From assembly GCA_965203905.1 (NCBI GenBank), contig CBDBDQ010000005.1, positions 1,568,001 to 1,632,000 of the forward strand: DNA of 64,000 nt, read 5' to 3'. Source of the stretch: Spirochaetia bacterium (GTDB lineage Bacteria; Spirochaetota; Spirochaetia; SZUA-6; Bin103). Position 1 is the stretch's first letter; the number at the start of each line of letters is the position of its first letter. A model generated the notes under the pieces. The model saw nothing but the letters and a program-made list of their open reading frames with translations, searched no databases and was not told the origin of the DNA. Position numbers and translations under genes: made by a program. Positions 9,076 to 18,521 of the stretch are shown one piece after another.

Positions 9076-11083
9076 CGGCGTGGACTGGGTCGTTGCAACC
9101 TGCGACGCCTGTCGCGAACTGCGACAGTTCCTGCAAAGTGTTGCAGCCCAATTACTTGAGTCGGGATAGGCAGGCTCAGGCGTTTGCATCTTGGACACTT
9201 CGTCACGATTGTCCGCAACCGCAGGCTCTGCCAGTGGCTGATCCCTACCGATCGAATTCTTTATCAGGATAAGAATTAACAGGCAGACCCAGGCACCTCC
9301 CGGAGCTGGCACGGTTCCTGCTTGTCACTGTGTTGAACGACAACGACAAGGAGGATCCGTGCTTACGATTGTCGGCGGCATAGCGGGTGGATTAGGGCTT
9401 TTTTTCATGGGCATGAAGCTGCTCTCGGAGCATCTCAGGTTGTTGTCCAATCGTCGCCTGCGACAGAGTGCCGCCCGTTGGACCAGGAATCGGTGGACGG
9501 GGTTAGCCTGGGGCGCAATTGCCGGCGCGGTCACGCAGACCATGCCCGCGTTGACGTTCATCATGGTAGGCATGTTGAGGTCGGGACTCCTGTCCGTGCG
9601 CCGGGCGTTCCCCATCCTGCTCGGCGGAAACATCGGGGCGGTGCTGCTGCTGCTGGTCGTGATGCTCGATATCAAAATGGCCGTGCTGTACGTCCTGGGC
9701 GTTTCGCAGATGACAGCCATGATCTCAACGAGAAATAACCGAGCGGCCAGATACCAGACCATGGCCGCAGCGCTGTTCGGGATGGGCATGATGATTCTCG
9801 GGTTTCTCCTGCTCAAGGACTCCGTGTCACCGCTGGCGGACTATCCCTGGTTCAGAGCGATCGTGGCATGGGCCGACCGCTCGCTGTTCCTGTGCCTGTT
9901 GGGCGGCACGTTGCTGTCCGTCGCGATGCAATCGGCGGGCGTGGTGAAGGTTACCAGCATCAGCATGGCCGCGGCTGGACTCCTCGGTATCGAACAGGTC
10001 CTGATGCTCAATCTGGGCGCCTGCCTTGGGTCGAGCGCGGCCCTCTGGCTGTTGACGTTGAACCTGACCGGTTGTTCCCGGCAGGTGGCCATGTACCAGG
10101 TGCTGTTCAACTGCGTGTCGTGCGCCGTATTCGTTCCGCTGCTCATTGTGGAAGCGTACTTCGACGTGCCGCTGTTCAAGGCCGCGATCGTCTCCATCGA
10201 TCTCCCTCTGGCGCAGCGATTGGCGTTGTTCGCCGTCTTCGTTGAGCTGACCACCTGCACGTTCCAGCTCACGGTCCTGGGGCCGGCCGCGCGGCTGATC
10301 GCACGCTGGTGGCCGGCTACGGAAGCGGAGACCCTGTCGAAACCGTGGTACGTTCACGACCAAGCCCTGGAAGACGCCGCCAGCTCGCTGCGGCTGGCCG
10401 ATCGCGAACAGCGGCGTCTGCTGGAGATACTGTCGCGCTGTCTCGACACGGTACGGCAGGGCACCGAGCTGGGCGCGCTGCGCGAGGCGGCAAAGGCGGT
10501 GCTGACCCGCATCGAGGAATTCCTGGACGACCTGGCGGAGCATTACCCGGACCAGAGTATCGATGACCACGTTTCGATGCTCACGCGCCAGCGGTTGCTG
10601 TTCTGGCTCGATGAACGGGTGCTGGAGCTGTGCGAAGTGCTGCATACCATGCCCCGGCGAGCGGAGCTGGAGGATTGGCGCATGGGTCTGGTCGAGGGCA
10701 TCGACGCCGTGCTGCTGGTGCTGCAAGACATGCTGAGTGCCGGCGACGAGGAGTCCTGGCCGCTTACCATGCAATTGATGAACAGCCGCGGCGAGCTGAT
10801 GCGCAGGACGAGAAGCACGTACCTGGGGGACGGATCGTCCCTGAGCGCCGCACAACGAACGAGTGTGCTGCGGCTCACCAGTATCACGGAGCACATCTTC
10901 CTGCTGTTGTCGCGACTGGCGCACGAATATCAACGGTACGCCGCTGAGAATGCCGACGGGCAAACTCCCGACGGCAGAGAGCCGGCGGCCGAGACGATGG
11001 CGTCGCCAAGTGGCCGCGATCTCCGGGAGGACGCCGCACTGAGAGCACTGTCAGCCGGCTCGGCTGCGCGAATGTAACCCTCG
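9076..11083 (+). repeat. Direct repeat copy 1 (partner 11472-13477)
   Basis: 9255-11083 appears identical to 11649-13477 (offset 2394; all overlapping ORF translations on both strands are identical); the first ~180 bp differ by substitutions and indels. Confidence 0.95.
9359..11077 (+). CDS. Na/Pi cotransporter family protein with PhoU-like helical C-terminus, copy 1
   Basis: GGLGLFFMGMKLLSE, ILLGGNIG, MQSAG, NLGACLG; hydrophobic N-half and helical C-half; AAGGAGG SD. Confidence 0.85.
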   Translation: MLTIVGGIAGGLGLFFMGMKLLSEHLRLLSNRRLRQSAARWTRNRWTGLAWGAIAGAVTQTMPALTFIMVGMLRSGLLSVRRAFPILLGGNIGAVLLLLVVMLDIKMAVLYVLGVSQMTAMISTRNNRAARYQTMAAALFGMGMMILGFLLLKDSVSPLADYPWFRAIVAWADRSLFLCLLGGTLLSVAMQSAGVVKVTSISMAAAGLLGIEQVLMLNLGACLGSSAALWLLTLNLTGCSRQVAMYQVLFNCVSCAVFVPLLIVEAYFDVPLFKAAIVSIDLPLAQRLALFAVFVELTTCTFQLTVLGPAARLIARWWPATEAETLSKPWYVHDQALEDAASSLRLADREQRRLLEILSRCLDTVRQGTELGALREAAKAVLTRIEEFLDDLAEHYPDQSIDDHVSMLTRQRLLFWLDERVLELCEVLHTMPRRAELEDWRMGLVEGIDAVLLVLQDMLSAGDEESWPLTMQLMNSRGELMRRTRSTYLGDGSSLSAAQRTSVLRLTSITEHIFLLLSRLAHEYQRYAAENADGQTPDGREPAAETMASPSGRDLREDAALRALSAGSAARM

Positions 11084-11127
11084 CCCCCCGCCGTCACGCG
11101 CCGGCCGACGAGCCGCGCCCCCGGGCT

Positions 11128-11436
11128 CGTCACCGCCGGTCGTGCCGTCGTCGTCGGCGCCGCTGGCTCTGTTCAGCCCGTGGTACGACTACCGTGACGC
11201 CGGCCGGGCTCCGGAGGGGAGCTACCGCTATCGGGGCACCTGGGAGACCATCGACCACCTGCTGTTGGGCCCCGGGCTGTTCGACGCCGCCGGCGTGAGC
11301 TATGCCGGCAGCGACCGCTTCACGGTGATCAGTGACGGCCTGCTCGATGCCGAGGGCAGCCCGCGCCGCTTTCTGCGCGGCCCCCCGCCGGGCGGCTACT
11401 CCGACCATCTGCCGCTACGCCTGGACCTGGAACTCC
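11128..11436 (+). pseudogene. Orphan 3' fragment of the EEP nuclease gene (diverged allele)
   Basis: 11161-11436 aligns with 7261-7536 (offset 3900) with mostly synonymous differences; no 5' part. Confidence 0.93.
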
Positions 11437-11752
11437 GCGATCCGCCGCGCAAAGATGGCCACCCGCTCCGCCGGCGTGGACTGGGTCGTTGCAACCTGCG
11501 ACGCCTGTCGCGAACTGCGACAGTCTCTGCAAAGCGTTGCAGCTCAATTACTTGGGTCGGGATAAGCAGGCTCGATGGTTGCATCTTGGACACTTCGTCA
11601 CGATTGCCCGCAACCGCAGCTTCTGCCGTGACTGATCCCCTCCAATTCAATTCTTTATCAGGATAAGAATTAACAGGCAGACCCAGGCACCTCCCGGAGC
11701 TGGCACGGTTCCTGCTTGTCACTGTGTTGAACGACAACGACAAGGAGGATCC

Positions 11753-13471
11753 GTGCTTACGATTGTCGGCGGCATAGCGGGTGGATTAGGGCTTTTTTTC
11801 ATGGGCATGAAGCTGCTCTCGGAGCATCTCAGGTTGTTGTCCAATCGTCGCCTGCGACAGAGTGCCGCCCGTTGGACCAGGAATCGGTGGACGGGGTTAG
11901 CCTGGGGCGCAATTGCCGGCGCGGTCACGCAGACCATGCCCGCGTTGACGTTCATCATGGTAGGCATGTTGAGGTCGGGACTCCTGTCCGTGCGCCGGGC
12001 GTTCCCCATCCTGCTCGGCGGAAACATCGGGGCGGTGCTGCTGCTGCTGGTCGTGATGCTCGATATCAAAATGGCCGTGCTGTACGTCCTGGGCGTTTCG
12101 CAGATGACAGCCATGATCTCAACGAGAAATAACCGAGCGGCCAGATACCAGACCATGGCCGCAGCGCTGTTCGGGATGGGCATGATGATTCTCGGGTTTC
12201 TCCTGCTCAAGGACTCCGTGTCACCGCTGGCGGACTATCCCTGGTTCAGAGCGATCGTGGCATGGGCCGACCGCTCGCTGTTCCTGTGCCTGTTGGGCGG
12301 CACGTTGCTGTCCGTCGCGATGCAATCGGCGGGCGTGGTGAAGGTTACCAGCATCAGCATGGCCGCGGCTGGACTCCTCGGTATCGAACAGGTCCTGATG
12401 CTCAATCTGGGCGCCTGCCTTGGGTCGAGCGCGGCCCTCTGGCTGTTGACGTTGAACCTGACCGGTTGTTCCCGGCAGGTGGCCATGTACCAGGTGCTGT
12501 TCAACTGCGTGTCGTGCGCCGTATTCGTTCCGCTGCTCATTGTGGAAGCGTACTTCGACGTGCCGCTGTTCAAGGCCGCGATCGTCTCCATCGATCTCCC
12601 TCTGGCGCAGCGATTGGCGTTGTTCGCCGTCTTCGTTGAGCTGACCACCTGCACGTTCCAGCTCACGGTCCTGGGGCCGGCCGCGCGGCTGATCGCACGC
12701 TGGTGGCCGGCTACGGAAGCGGAGACCCTGTCGAAACCGTGGTACGTTCACGACCAAGCCCTGGAAGACGCCGCCAGCTCGCTGCGGCTGGCCGATCGCG
12801 AACAGCGGCGTCTGCTGGAGATACTGTCGCGCTGTCTCGACACGGTACGGCAGGGCACCGAGCTGGGCGCGCTGCGCGAGGCGGCAAAGGCGGTGCTGAC
12901 CCGCATCGAGGAATTCCTGGACGACCTGGCGGAGCATTACCCGGACCAGAGTATCGATGACCACGTTTCGATGCTCACGCGCCAGCGGTTGCTGTTCTGG
13001 CTCGATGAACGGGTGCTGGAGCTGTGCGAAGTGCTGCATACCATGCCCCGGCGAGCGGAGCTGGAGGATTGGCGCATGGGTCTGGTCGAGGGCATCGACG
13101 CCGTGCTGCTGGTGCTGCAAGACATGCTGAGTGCCGGCGACGAGGAGTCCTGGCCGCTTACCATGCAATTGATGAACAGCCGCGGCGAGCTGATGCGCAG
13201 GACGAGAAGCACGTACCTGGGGGACGGATCGTCCCTGAGCGCCGCACAACGAACGAGTGTGCTGCGGCTCACCAGTATCACGGAGCACATCTTCCTGCTG
13301 TTGTCGCGACTGGCGCACGAATATCAACGGTACGCCGCTGAGAATGCCGACGGGCAAACTCCCGACGGCAGAGAGCCGGCGGCCGAGACGATGGCGTCGC
13401 CAAGTGGCCGCGATCTCCGGGAGGACGCCGCACTGAGAGCACTGTCAGCCGGCTCGGCTGCGCGAATGTAA
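11753..13471 (+). CDS. Na/Pi cotransporter family protein, copy 2
   Basis: 572-aa translation identical to copy 1. Confidence 0.85.
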   Translation: MLTIVGGIAGGLGLFFMGMKLLSEHLRLLSNRRLRQSAARWTRNRWTGLAWGAIAGAVTQTMPALTFIMVGMLRSGLLSVRRAFPILLGGNIGAVLLLLVVMLDIKMAVLYVLGVSQMTAMISTRNNRAARYQTMAAALFGMGMMILGFLLLKDSVSPLADYPWFRAIVAWADRSLFLCLLGGTLLSVAMQSAGVVKVTSISMAAAGLLGIEQVLMLNLGACLGSSAALWLLTLNLTGCSRQVAMYQVLFNCVSCAVFVPLLIVEAYFDVPLFKAAIVSIDLPLAQRLALFAVFVELTTCTFQLTVLGPAARLIARWWPATEAETLSKPWYVHDQALEDAASSLRLADREQRRLLEILSRCLDTVRQGTELGALREAAKAVLTRIEEFLDDLAEHYPDQSIDDHVSMLTRQRLLFWLDERVLELCEVLHTMPRRAELEDWRMGLVEGIDAVLLVLQDMLSAGDEESWPLTMQLMNSRGELMRRTRSTYLGDGSSLSAAQRTSVLRLTSITEHIFLLLSRLAHEYQRYAAENADGQTPDGREPAAETMASPSGRDLREDAALRALSAGSAARM

Positions 13472-13483
13472 CCCTCGTCCTCC

Positions 13484-13795
13484 GCCGACGGGTCCGACGT
13501 GATTCTCATGCGCCTCGCGGACGCCGTCGATGCGCTCGGTGGTCTGGGGATGCAGATTCACCGCTCCTACTGGGCTGCGTACACCCACATGAACCGCCTG
13601 GTGCGGCGTGAGGGACGGGTCCTACTGCACCTTTCCGGTGATCGCGAGATTCCGGTGAGCCGCCCCTACCTCAAGGCCGTACGCGCGGCCCTGCCGGACA
13701 GATCCGCGCCTCTGCCGAGCCGGGAGCAACGGCCATCCATCCTGGGCAACGGTTCCAGTCCTCTGCCACGTCGGCGGCGCCGGTCGCCGCAGGGC
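13484..13795 (+). pseudogene. Orphan 3' fragment of a LytTR gene plus its downstream flank
   Basis: DGSDVILMRLADAVDALGGLGMQIHRSYW...PVSRPYLKAVR matches the reverse complement of 26745-27052; the TAA stop of the full gene is CAA here. Confidence 0.92.
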
Positions 13796-13802
13796 CTCAA
13801 GC

Positions 13803-14159
13803 TCAGCGGTTGCGGCGTTCCTCGGACGACTGGCAGGCGATACACAGCAGCGCGTAGGGAATCGCCTCCAGCCGCTCTCTGGGAATGCGCGAGCCGCACA
13901 TCATGCATACCCCGTAGTGACCGTTGGGGATACGTGCCAGCGCCGACTCGATCAGGTTCAGCCGGCGCATCTCGCGTGCGCCGAGCGTCTCCAGGGTCTT
14001 GCGGTCGATGTCCTCGGCCGCGATGTCCACCAGATCCTTGGGATCCATATCTTCCCACAGCTCACGGAACTCCGCGTCCTCCTGCGCCAGATGCGCGAGG
14101 ATCTCCTCTTTCAGGGCGTTCAACCGCTGCTGCATCAACTCGGTGAACTGGTTACTCAC
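13803..14159 (-). CDS. dksA: TraR/DksA family transcription factor
   Basis: DLVDIA acidic tip, YGVCMMCG...ERLEAIPYALLCIACQ C4 zinc finger; GTG start preceded by GGGAG. Confidence 0.88.
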   Translation of the reverse strand: MSNQFTELMQQRLNALKEEILAHLAQEDAEFRELWEDMDPKDLVDIAAEDIDRKTLETLGAREMRRLNLIESALARIPNGHYGVCMMCGSRIPRERLEAIPYALLCIACQSSEERRNR

Positions 14160-14357
14160 GGTATCGGACTCCCAGATGGCCAATCAGCCGCACGGACCCG
14201 GAGAGCGGCGCCCGCACGGATGCGCCTGTATGGGTGAATTGCTACGCCTTGTCAAGATCTTCGCTGCGGTCCCAGACCGGTGCCGGACCTTCGGTTGACA
14301 AAACCAGCCGTGGCGCATGTACTACCACGGTACTATCCCCTGTTGAAAGGATTGTTC

Positions 14358-14576
14358 TTGGCAAAGGAAGAGGCGATCGAGATCGAAGGAACGGTCCGGG
14401 AATCGCTACCCAACACCATGTTTCGCGTCGAGCTGCAGAATGGCCACCGGGTGTTGGCGCACCTGTCCGGGAAGATGCGGCGCCACTACATTCGCATCGT
14501 TCCCGGAGATCGTGTTCGCGTGGCCCTGTCACCGTACGATCTGAACCGCGGCCGCATCATCTATCGCGAACGTTAG
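14358..14576 (+). CDS. infA: Translation initiation factor IF-1
   Basis: [29 protein letters not shown]...SGKMR...[14 protein letters not shown]; TTG start with AAAGGA. Confidence 0.97.
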   Translation: MAKEEAIEIEGTVRESLPNTMFRVELQNGHRVLAHLSGKMRRHYIRIVPGDRVRVALSPYDLNRGRIIYRER

Positions 14577-14580
14577 GGGT

Positions 14581-14615
14581 CTGTCGGATTGGCGCGGCAG
14601 CGGCTGATCCGACAG
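14581..14615. terminator. Hairpin between convergent infA and batD
   Basis: CTGTCGGAT...ATCCGACAG perfect 9-bp stem; no U-tract. Confidence 0.5.
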
Positions 14616-14647
14616 GACTCCGTACGGTAGGCGACGGTTTCGGGGCG

Positions 14648-16939
14648 TCAGGGGCCTGAGCCCAGGTCCCGCACCGCCCCCCGGCTGACCCAGGCGTCGA
14701 GACCGTAGCCGGTACGCACCAGGAGATGCTCACCGTGCTCACCGCGCACCTCCAGGGTGGTGCCCGCGGGCAGCGCCATCCATGGTGCCGCGTCGCGGCG
14801 CGGGATCCTGCGCAGCTCGGTGTCACCGACCACCACGATGGTGCGGGCCTGGTCGACCAGCGCCAGGCCGAATACTGCCGCGACCAGAACCGCGGCAGCC
14901 AGCAGCACGGCCAGCAGCGCCCCCGTGCGGCCGGGCAGGGAAGCAGGCGGCGGCGCCTCGCGACGCTCCGCGCCCTGCATCCGAGCTGGCAAGCGGCGCC
15001 GCAGCCGCCGTAGCAGCCGCTTCCCGACGGGGTGGTGCCCAGCGACGGCAACGACGCAGCCGGCCACCAGCAACAGCGCATGGAACGGCACCGCCGGCGG
15101 CGCGAACGGCGCCGGGCGATGTTGCGTTTCGAGCCCGGCGCCGCGCTCCACCTGCCCCAGCAGCACTCGGTAGCGCCGGTCCAGCGGCGCCCGCCGCAGC
15201 GCCTCCCGCAGCCAGCCGACGGCGCCGGCAGCATCGCCCCGCCCCAACTCCGCAAGCGCCAGGTTGTAACTGATGAGCGCCGGGTGGCAGCCGAGCTGGT
15301 CCCGTGCGGCCCGGTAGCCGGCTTCAGCGGCGGCGTAATCGTGCCGCAAGTAGGCACGCTCGGCCGCGGCAGCCGCCCGCAGCGCCGCCTCCGGTGGGGC
15401 CCCGGTCGCCGGTGCCACGGCGGCCGCGGTCGCCGCCGCGGCAGCAATGGACGCAGCCGCGAGAGCCGCCGGGCGCCGCTTCCGGGCCAGCGCCAGGCAG
15501 CCGCCGACGAGCGGCCCCGGCAGCAGCAGCAGATAGCTCCGCGCGGCGTGCCAGGGCGGCCCGCAACGCAGCCAGCCCATGCGGTCGAGCGCCAGCGGTG
15601 GCGGTGCGGGTGCGGTGGCCGCCGCACCCGGCGCTGCCAGCTCGATCACCCGCGTGAGCCCCGGGTCACGGCGCACCGTGCCGGCGCGCGAGTCGAAGGA
15701 GACGAATTCCGGCACCTCGATCCGATAGCGGCCGGGAGCGGTTGCGAGGTAGCGATGGAGGGCCACGACCTGCCCCGTGTATCCCGAGTCCTGTGCCACC
15801 AGTTCGTCCCTCAGCTCGTGATCCAGCGGCGTCATGCCGTCGGCCCGGGGTACCGGCAGCGTGACGAAACGGTGGTTGCCCGACCCCTCCACGGAGATCG
15901 CGACCGTGACCTCCACCCCGTCCGGATGCGGCCGCCGCTCGATTCGCGCCTGCGCGCTCAGGGAGCCGATCGCACCGCTGGCGGCGATCTCCGGCGGCGG
16001 CTCGCGTACCGCTACCCGAACCGCCTCGGACTCCAGCGTCGTGCTCCCGGCAGCGGTTGCCAGGGTCACCCTGGCCGGCGCCACGATGATGCGGCCGGCG
16101 CGAGTCGGAGTCAGCAGATAGGATGCCAGCGGAATGCGGTACCCGCGGCCCGCGGAACCGACCTGTTCGCCGATCGCCTCCGCTCCCGGGTAGCGCTCGA
16201 ACCTGGTTGCCGGCGGCGGCTCCACCTCGATGCGCTCCGGTAGCCGAAGCTCATCCCACCGCACCAGTACCAGGTGCAGGCTGATCGTTTCCCCCACCAG
16301 AGCTTCGCGCCGGGTCAACTCCCAACTCACGACGGGCGTGTTGGCCTCCTCGGGCAGCGGCTCCAGGACCTGGATCGGCGTCTCGCGCGTGGAGACCACC
16401 TTGCCCGCCAGGCCGACCAGGAAGCCGTCCAGCAGATAGCGCCCGGGACGCCGTGCCCGCATCGTGTAGGAGACCACACGCCGTTGCATCAGCGGCGCGC
16501 CCGGGGTGCCGTCCGCGTCAGCCGCGCCGCCGGCGCCGGCGGCGCCCGCCACCATGCCGTCCGCGGCGACTTCCCGTTGGACCGGCGCCGGAGGCGTCGT
16601 CGCCGCGGGCGGCAACAACCGCGGGCCGCTTACGAATTCCAGGTTCGGCGGCGGCGCCGGCGCGGTCACCCGCAACGAGTCCTGGAGCATGCCGCTCACG
16701 TGGACGTCGAGGCGGAACTCGGCGCCGGCCATGGGGCGCGCCGGCGCCACCTCCACCCAGGCGCGGGGGTCCACCTGCGCCGGCGCCGGCGCGCTCCAGG
16801 GCAGCAGCCCCGCGACCAGCAGCCAGGTGCACGGCCAGGCGACCCGAGCTCGCCGCTTCCGCGACCGGCCGGCACGCCGCGCACGCCCGCCGTGCGCCAC
16901 GGCCTCCGGCGCCGCGGCGCCGAGGTCAGTAACCGTCAC
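14648..16939 (-). CDS. BatD-like protein with C-terminal TPR and SH3-like (BatE-like) region
   Basis: Last gene of the Bat operon; beta-rich repeats, GAIGSL, SVEGSGNH, YNLALAE TPR, LRRIP...LPAGTTLEV...DAWV. Confidence 0.7.
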   Translation of the reverse strand: MTVTDLGAAAPEAVAHGGRARRAGRSRKRRARVAWPCTWLLVAGLLPWSAPAPAQVDPRAWVEVAPARPMAGAEFRLDVHVSGMLQDSLRVTAPAPPPNLEFVSGPRLLPPAATTPPAPVQREVAADGMVAGAAGAGGAADADGTPGAPLMQRRVVSYTMRARRPGRYLLDGFLVGLAGKVVSTRETPIQVLEPLPEEANTPVVSWELTRREALVGETISLHLVLVRWDELRLPERIEVEPPPATRFERYPGAEAIGEQVGSAGRGYRIPLASYLLTPTRAGRIIVAPARVTLATAAGSTTLESEAVRVAVREPPPEIAASGAIGSLSAQARIERRPHPDGVEVTVAISVEGSGNHRFVTLPVPRADGMTPLDHELRDELVAQDSGYTGQVVALHRYLATAPGRYRIEVPEFVSFDSRAGTVRRDPGLTRVIELAAPGAAATAPAPPPLALDRMGWLRCGPPWHAARSYLLLLPGPLVGGCLALARKRRPAALAAASIAAAAATAAAVAPATGAPPEAALRAAAAAERAYLRHDYAAAEAGYRAARDQLGCHPALISYNLALAELGRGDAAGAVGWLREALRRAPLDRRYRVLLGQVERGAGLETQHRPAPFAPPAVPFHALLLVAGCVVAVAGHHPVGKRLLRRLRRRLPARMQGAERREAPPPASLPGRTGALLAVLLAAAVLVAAVFGLALVDQARTIVVVGDTELRRIPRRDAAPWMALPAGTTLEVRGEHGEHLLVRTGYGLDAWVSRGAVRDLGSGP

Positions 16940-17498
16940 CGTGGTCCGCCGGCGGCAGCGCGGGGCGCCGCTTCGCCTCCAGCCGGCGCACGAAGTCGAG
17001 AATGCGCGCCGTCTCGGCCGCGGCGCCCGGGCCTGCCGCTTCCCGCTCGCCGCGCGGCGGCGTGGCACGGGCCTTGCCCAGTGCGAGTTCCAGGTTGACC
17101 TTGGCGTCCACAGACGCCGGGGCCAGCAGCAATGCGTCGCGGAAGTGGTGCGCCGCTTGCAGGTATTGGCCCGCCTGGTAGCGCGCGTGGCCGAGGTTGA
17201 ACGCCGTACGCCACAGCAGCTCCCGGTCATGCTCGTGGGCAACGGTCAGCAGCCGTTCCACTCCGGCGTCGACCTCACCCAGGGCCAGGTAGGTGTTGCC
17301 GAGATTGTAGGCCAGGTGGGATCGTGCGCGGGCGGCGCCGGCATGCAGATAGTTGATGGTGGCGTGCACGTAATCGCCGCGGACGTAGGCGTAGTTGCCC
17401 GCCAGCGTCGCCAGCCGCGGCTGCCGGCCCCCACCGAGCGCCAGGATCAGCAGCAGCGCCACCACGGCCGGCGCGGTGCTCAGAAGGTATCGCGCCAT
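16926..17498 (-). CDS. TPR protein (BatC-like)
   Basis: GNYAYVRGDY, YNLGNTYLALG, FNLGHARY, DAKVNLELA (end of ORF 16926..18320). Confidence 0.8.
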   Translation of the reverse strand: MARYLLSTAPAVVALLLILALGGGRQPRLATLAGNYAYVRGDYVHATINYLHAGAARARSHLAYNLGNTYLALGEVDAGVERLLTVAHEHDRELLWRTAFNLGHARYQAGQYLQAAHHFRDALLLAPASVDAKVNLELALGKARATPPRGEREAAGPGAAAETARILDFVRRLEAKRRPALPPADHGDGY

Positions 17499-18502
17499 CG
17501 TAACCCCCGGCTGGCGGCGCACGCGGCCAGCGCCAGCAGCGCCACCAGGGTCAGCAGCGCGTGGCGCGGGCGGCGCCGCACCCGGAACGGCCGCTCGCCG
17601 GGAGCCGTGGCGTCCCCCTGCCGGTGCGCCCGCAACCAGGTCACCGCCGCGGCCATGGTGTCGGGCTGCAACGGGTCTGCCACCACACCACCGCTCAGTC
17701 GTGCAATCCCTTCCATCGCCTGATCGTCGCGCGCGGATCGTACCGCGCCGGCGGGTCCCCGCAGCGGCTCGCCGCGCCGATCCAGCACCGCGGCGCCGGC
17801 GGCGCTGCCGACCGGAACGGTGACGATCGCCACCCCGGCGCGACCGGCACGCAGAGCCACCTCCAGCGGATCGCCGGAGCTGCCCTCGCCGTCGGACACG
17901 AGCACCACCGTGCGCCGGGCGCCGGCCCGACCCGGCAGCTCTTCGCTGGCGTAACGCAGCGCTGCCGCGATACCCGAGGCCCCCAGCGCCGGCGCCGTCT
18001 CGCGCAGCGCCGCGAGTTGCTGGCGCAAGGCGTGGCGGTCGTCGGTGAAGGGCACCAGCAGATGGGCGGCGTCGCTGAACCCGACCACCGCGAAACGGGT
18101 GCCCGGCAGCTGCTCCAGCAGCGTGTCGAGGACTGCAAGTCCCTGTCCCAGGCGGCTCGGCACCGCGTCCTGCGCGGTCATGCTGCGCGACAGGTCGAGC
18201 AGGGCCACCACCTCGTGACCGCTGGTGGTATCCTCCACCATACCCTCTCCCCAGCGCATGCCCGCTGCCGCGAATATCACGCTCGCAATCGCGATCACCG
18301 TGAGCACCCCGTCGGCGCACCGTTTGAGCCGCAGTACCGCGCCGGCGCGCTTCGCGGCGGCCGCTGGCGTGTGCAGCAGACGCTGCAGGGCGGCGAGATC
18401 GCGCTGCGAACGCCGATAGGAGAACACCAGCGTCACCAGCAACGGCACCAGCAGCAGAAACAGCAACAGGGCTGTCGGGTCGTCTGCGGAAGCGGCAAGC
18501 AT
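17480..18502 (-). CDS. vWA domain protein (BatB-like)
   Basis: MIDAS DLSRSM, D..PSRL, VLVSDGE; N- and C-terminal TM segments. Confidence 0.85.
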   Translation of the reverse strand: MLAASADDPTALLLFLLLVPLLVTLVFSYRRSQRDLAALQRLLHTPAAAAKRAGAVLRLKRCADGVLTVIAIASVIFAAAGMRWGEGMVEDTTSGHEVVALLDLSRSMTAQDAVPSRLGQGLAVLDTLLEQLPGTRFAVVGFSDAAHLLVPFTDDRHALRQQLAALRETAPALGASGIAAALRYASEELPGRAGARRTVVLVSDGEGSSGDPLEVALRAGRAGVAIVTVPVGSAAGAAVLDRRGEPLRGPAGAVRSARDDQAMEGIARLSGGVVADPLQPDTMAAAVTWLRAHRQGDATAPGERPFRVRRRPRHALLTLVALLALAACAASRGLRWRDTF

Positions 18503-18521
18503 CGTCCGGCCGGCGCCTCTC

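Noticed and set aside
7261-11436. Duplicated gene 3' ends as DGR template/variable repeats
   Set aside because: Differences are not adenine-specific, are mostly synonymous, and no reverse transcriptase is in the window
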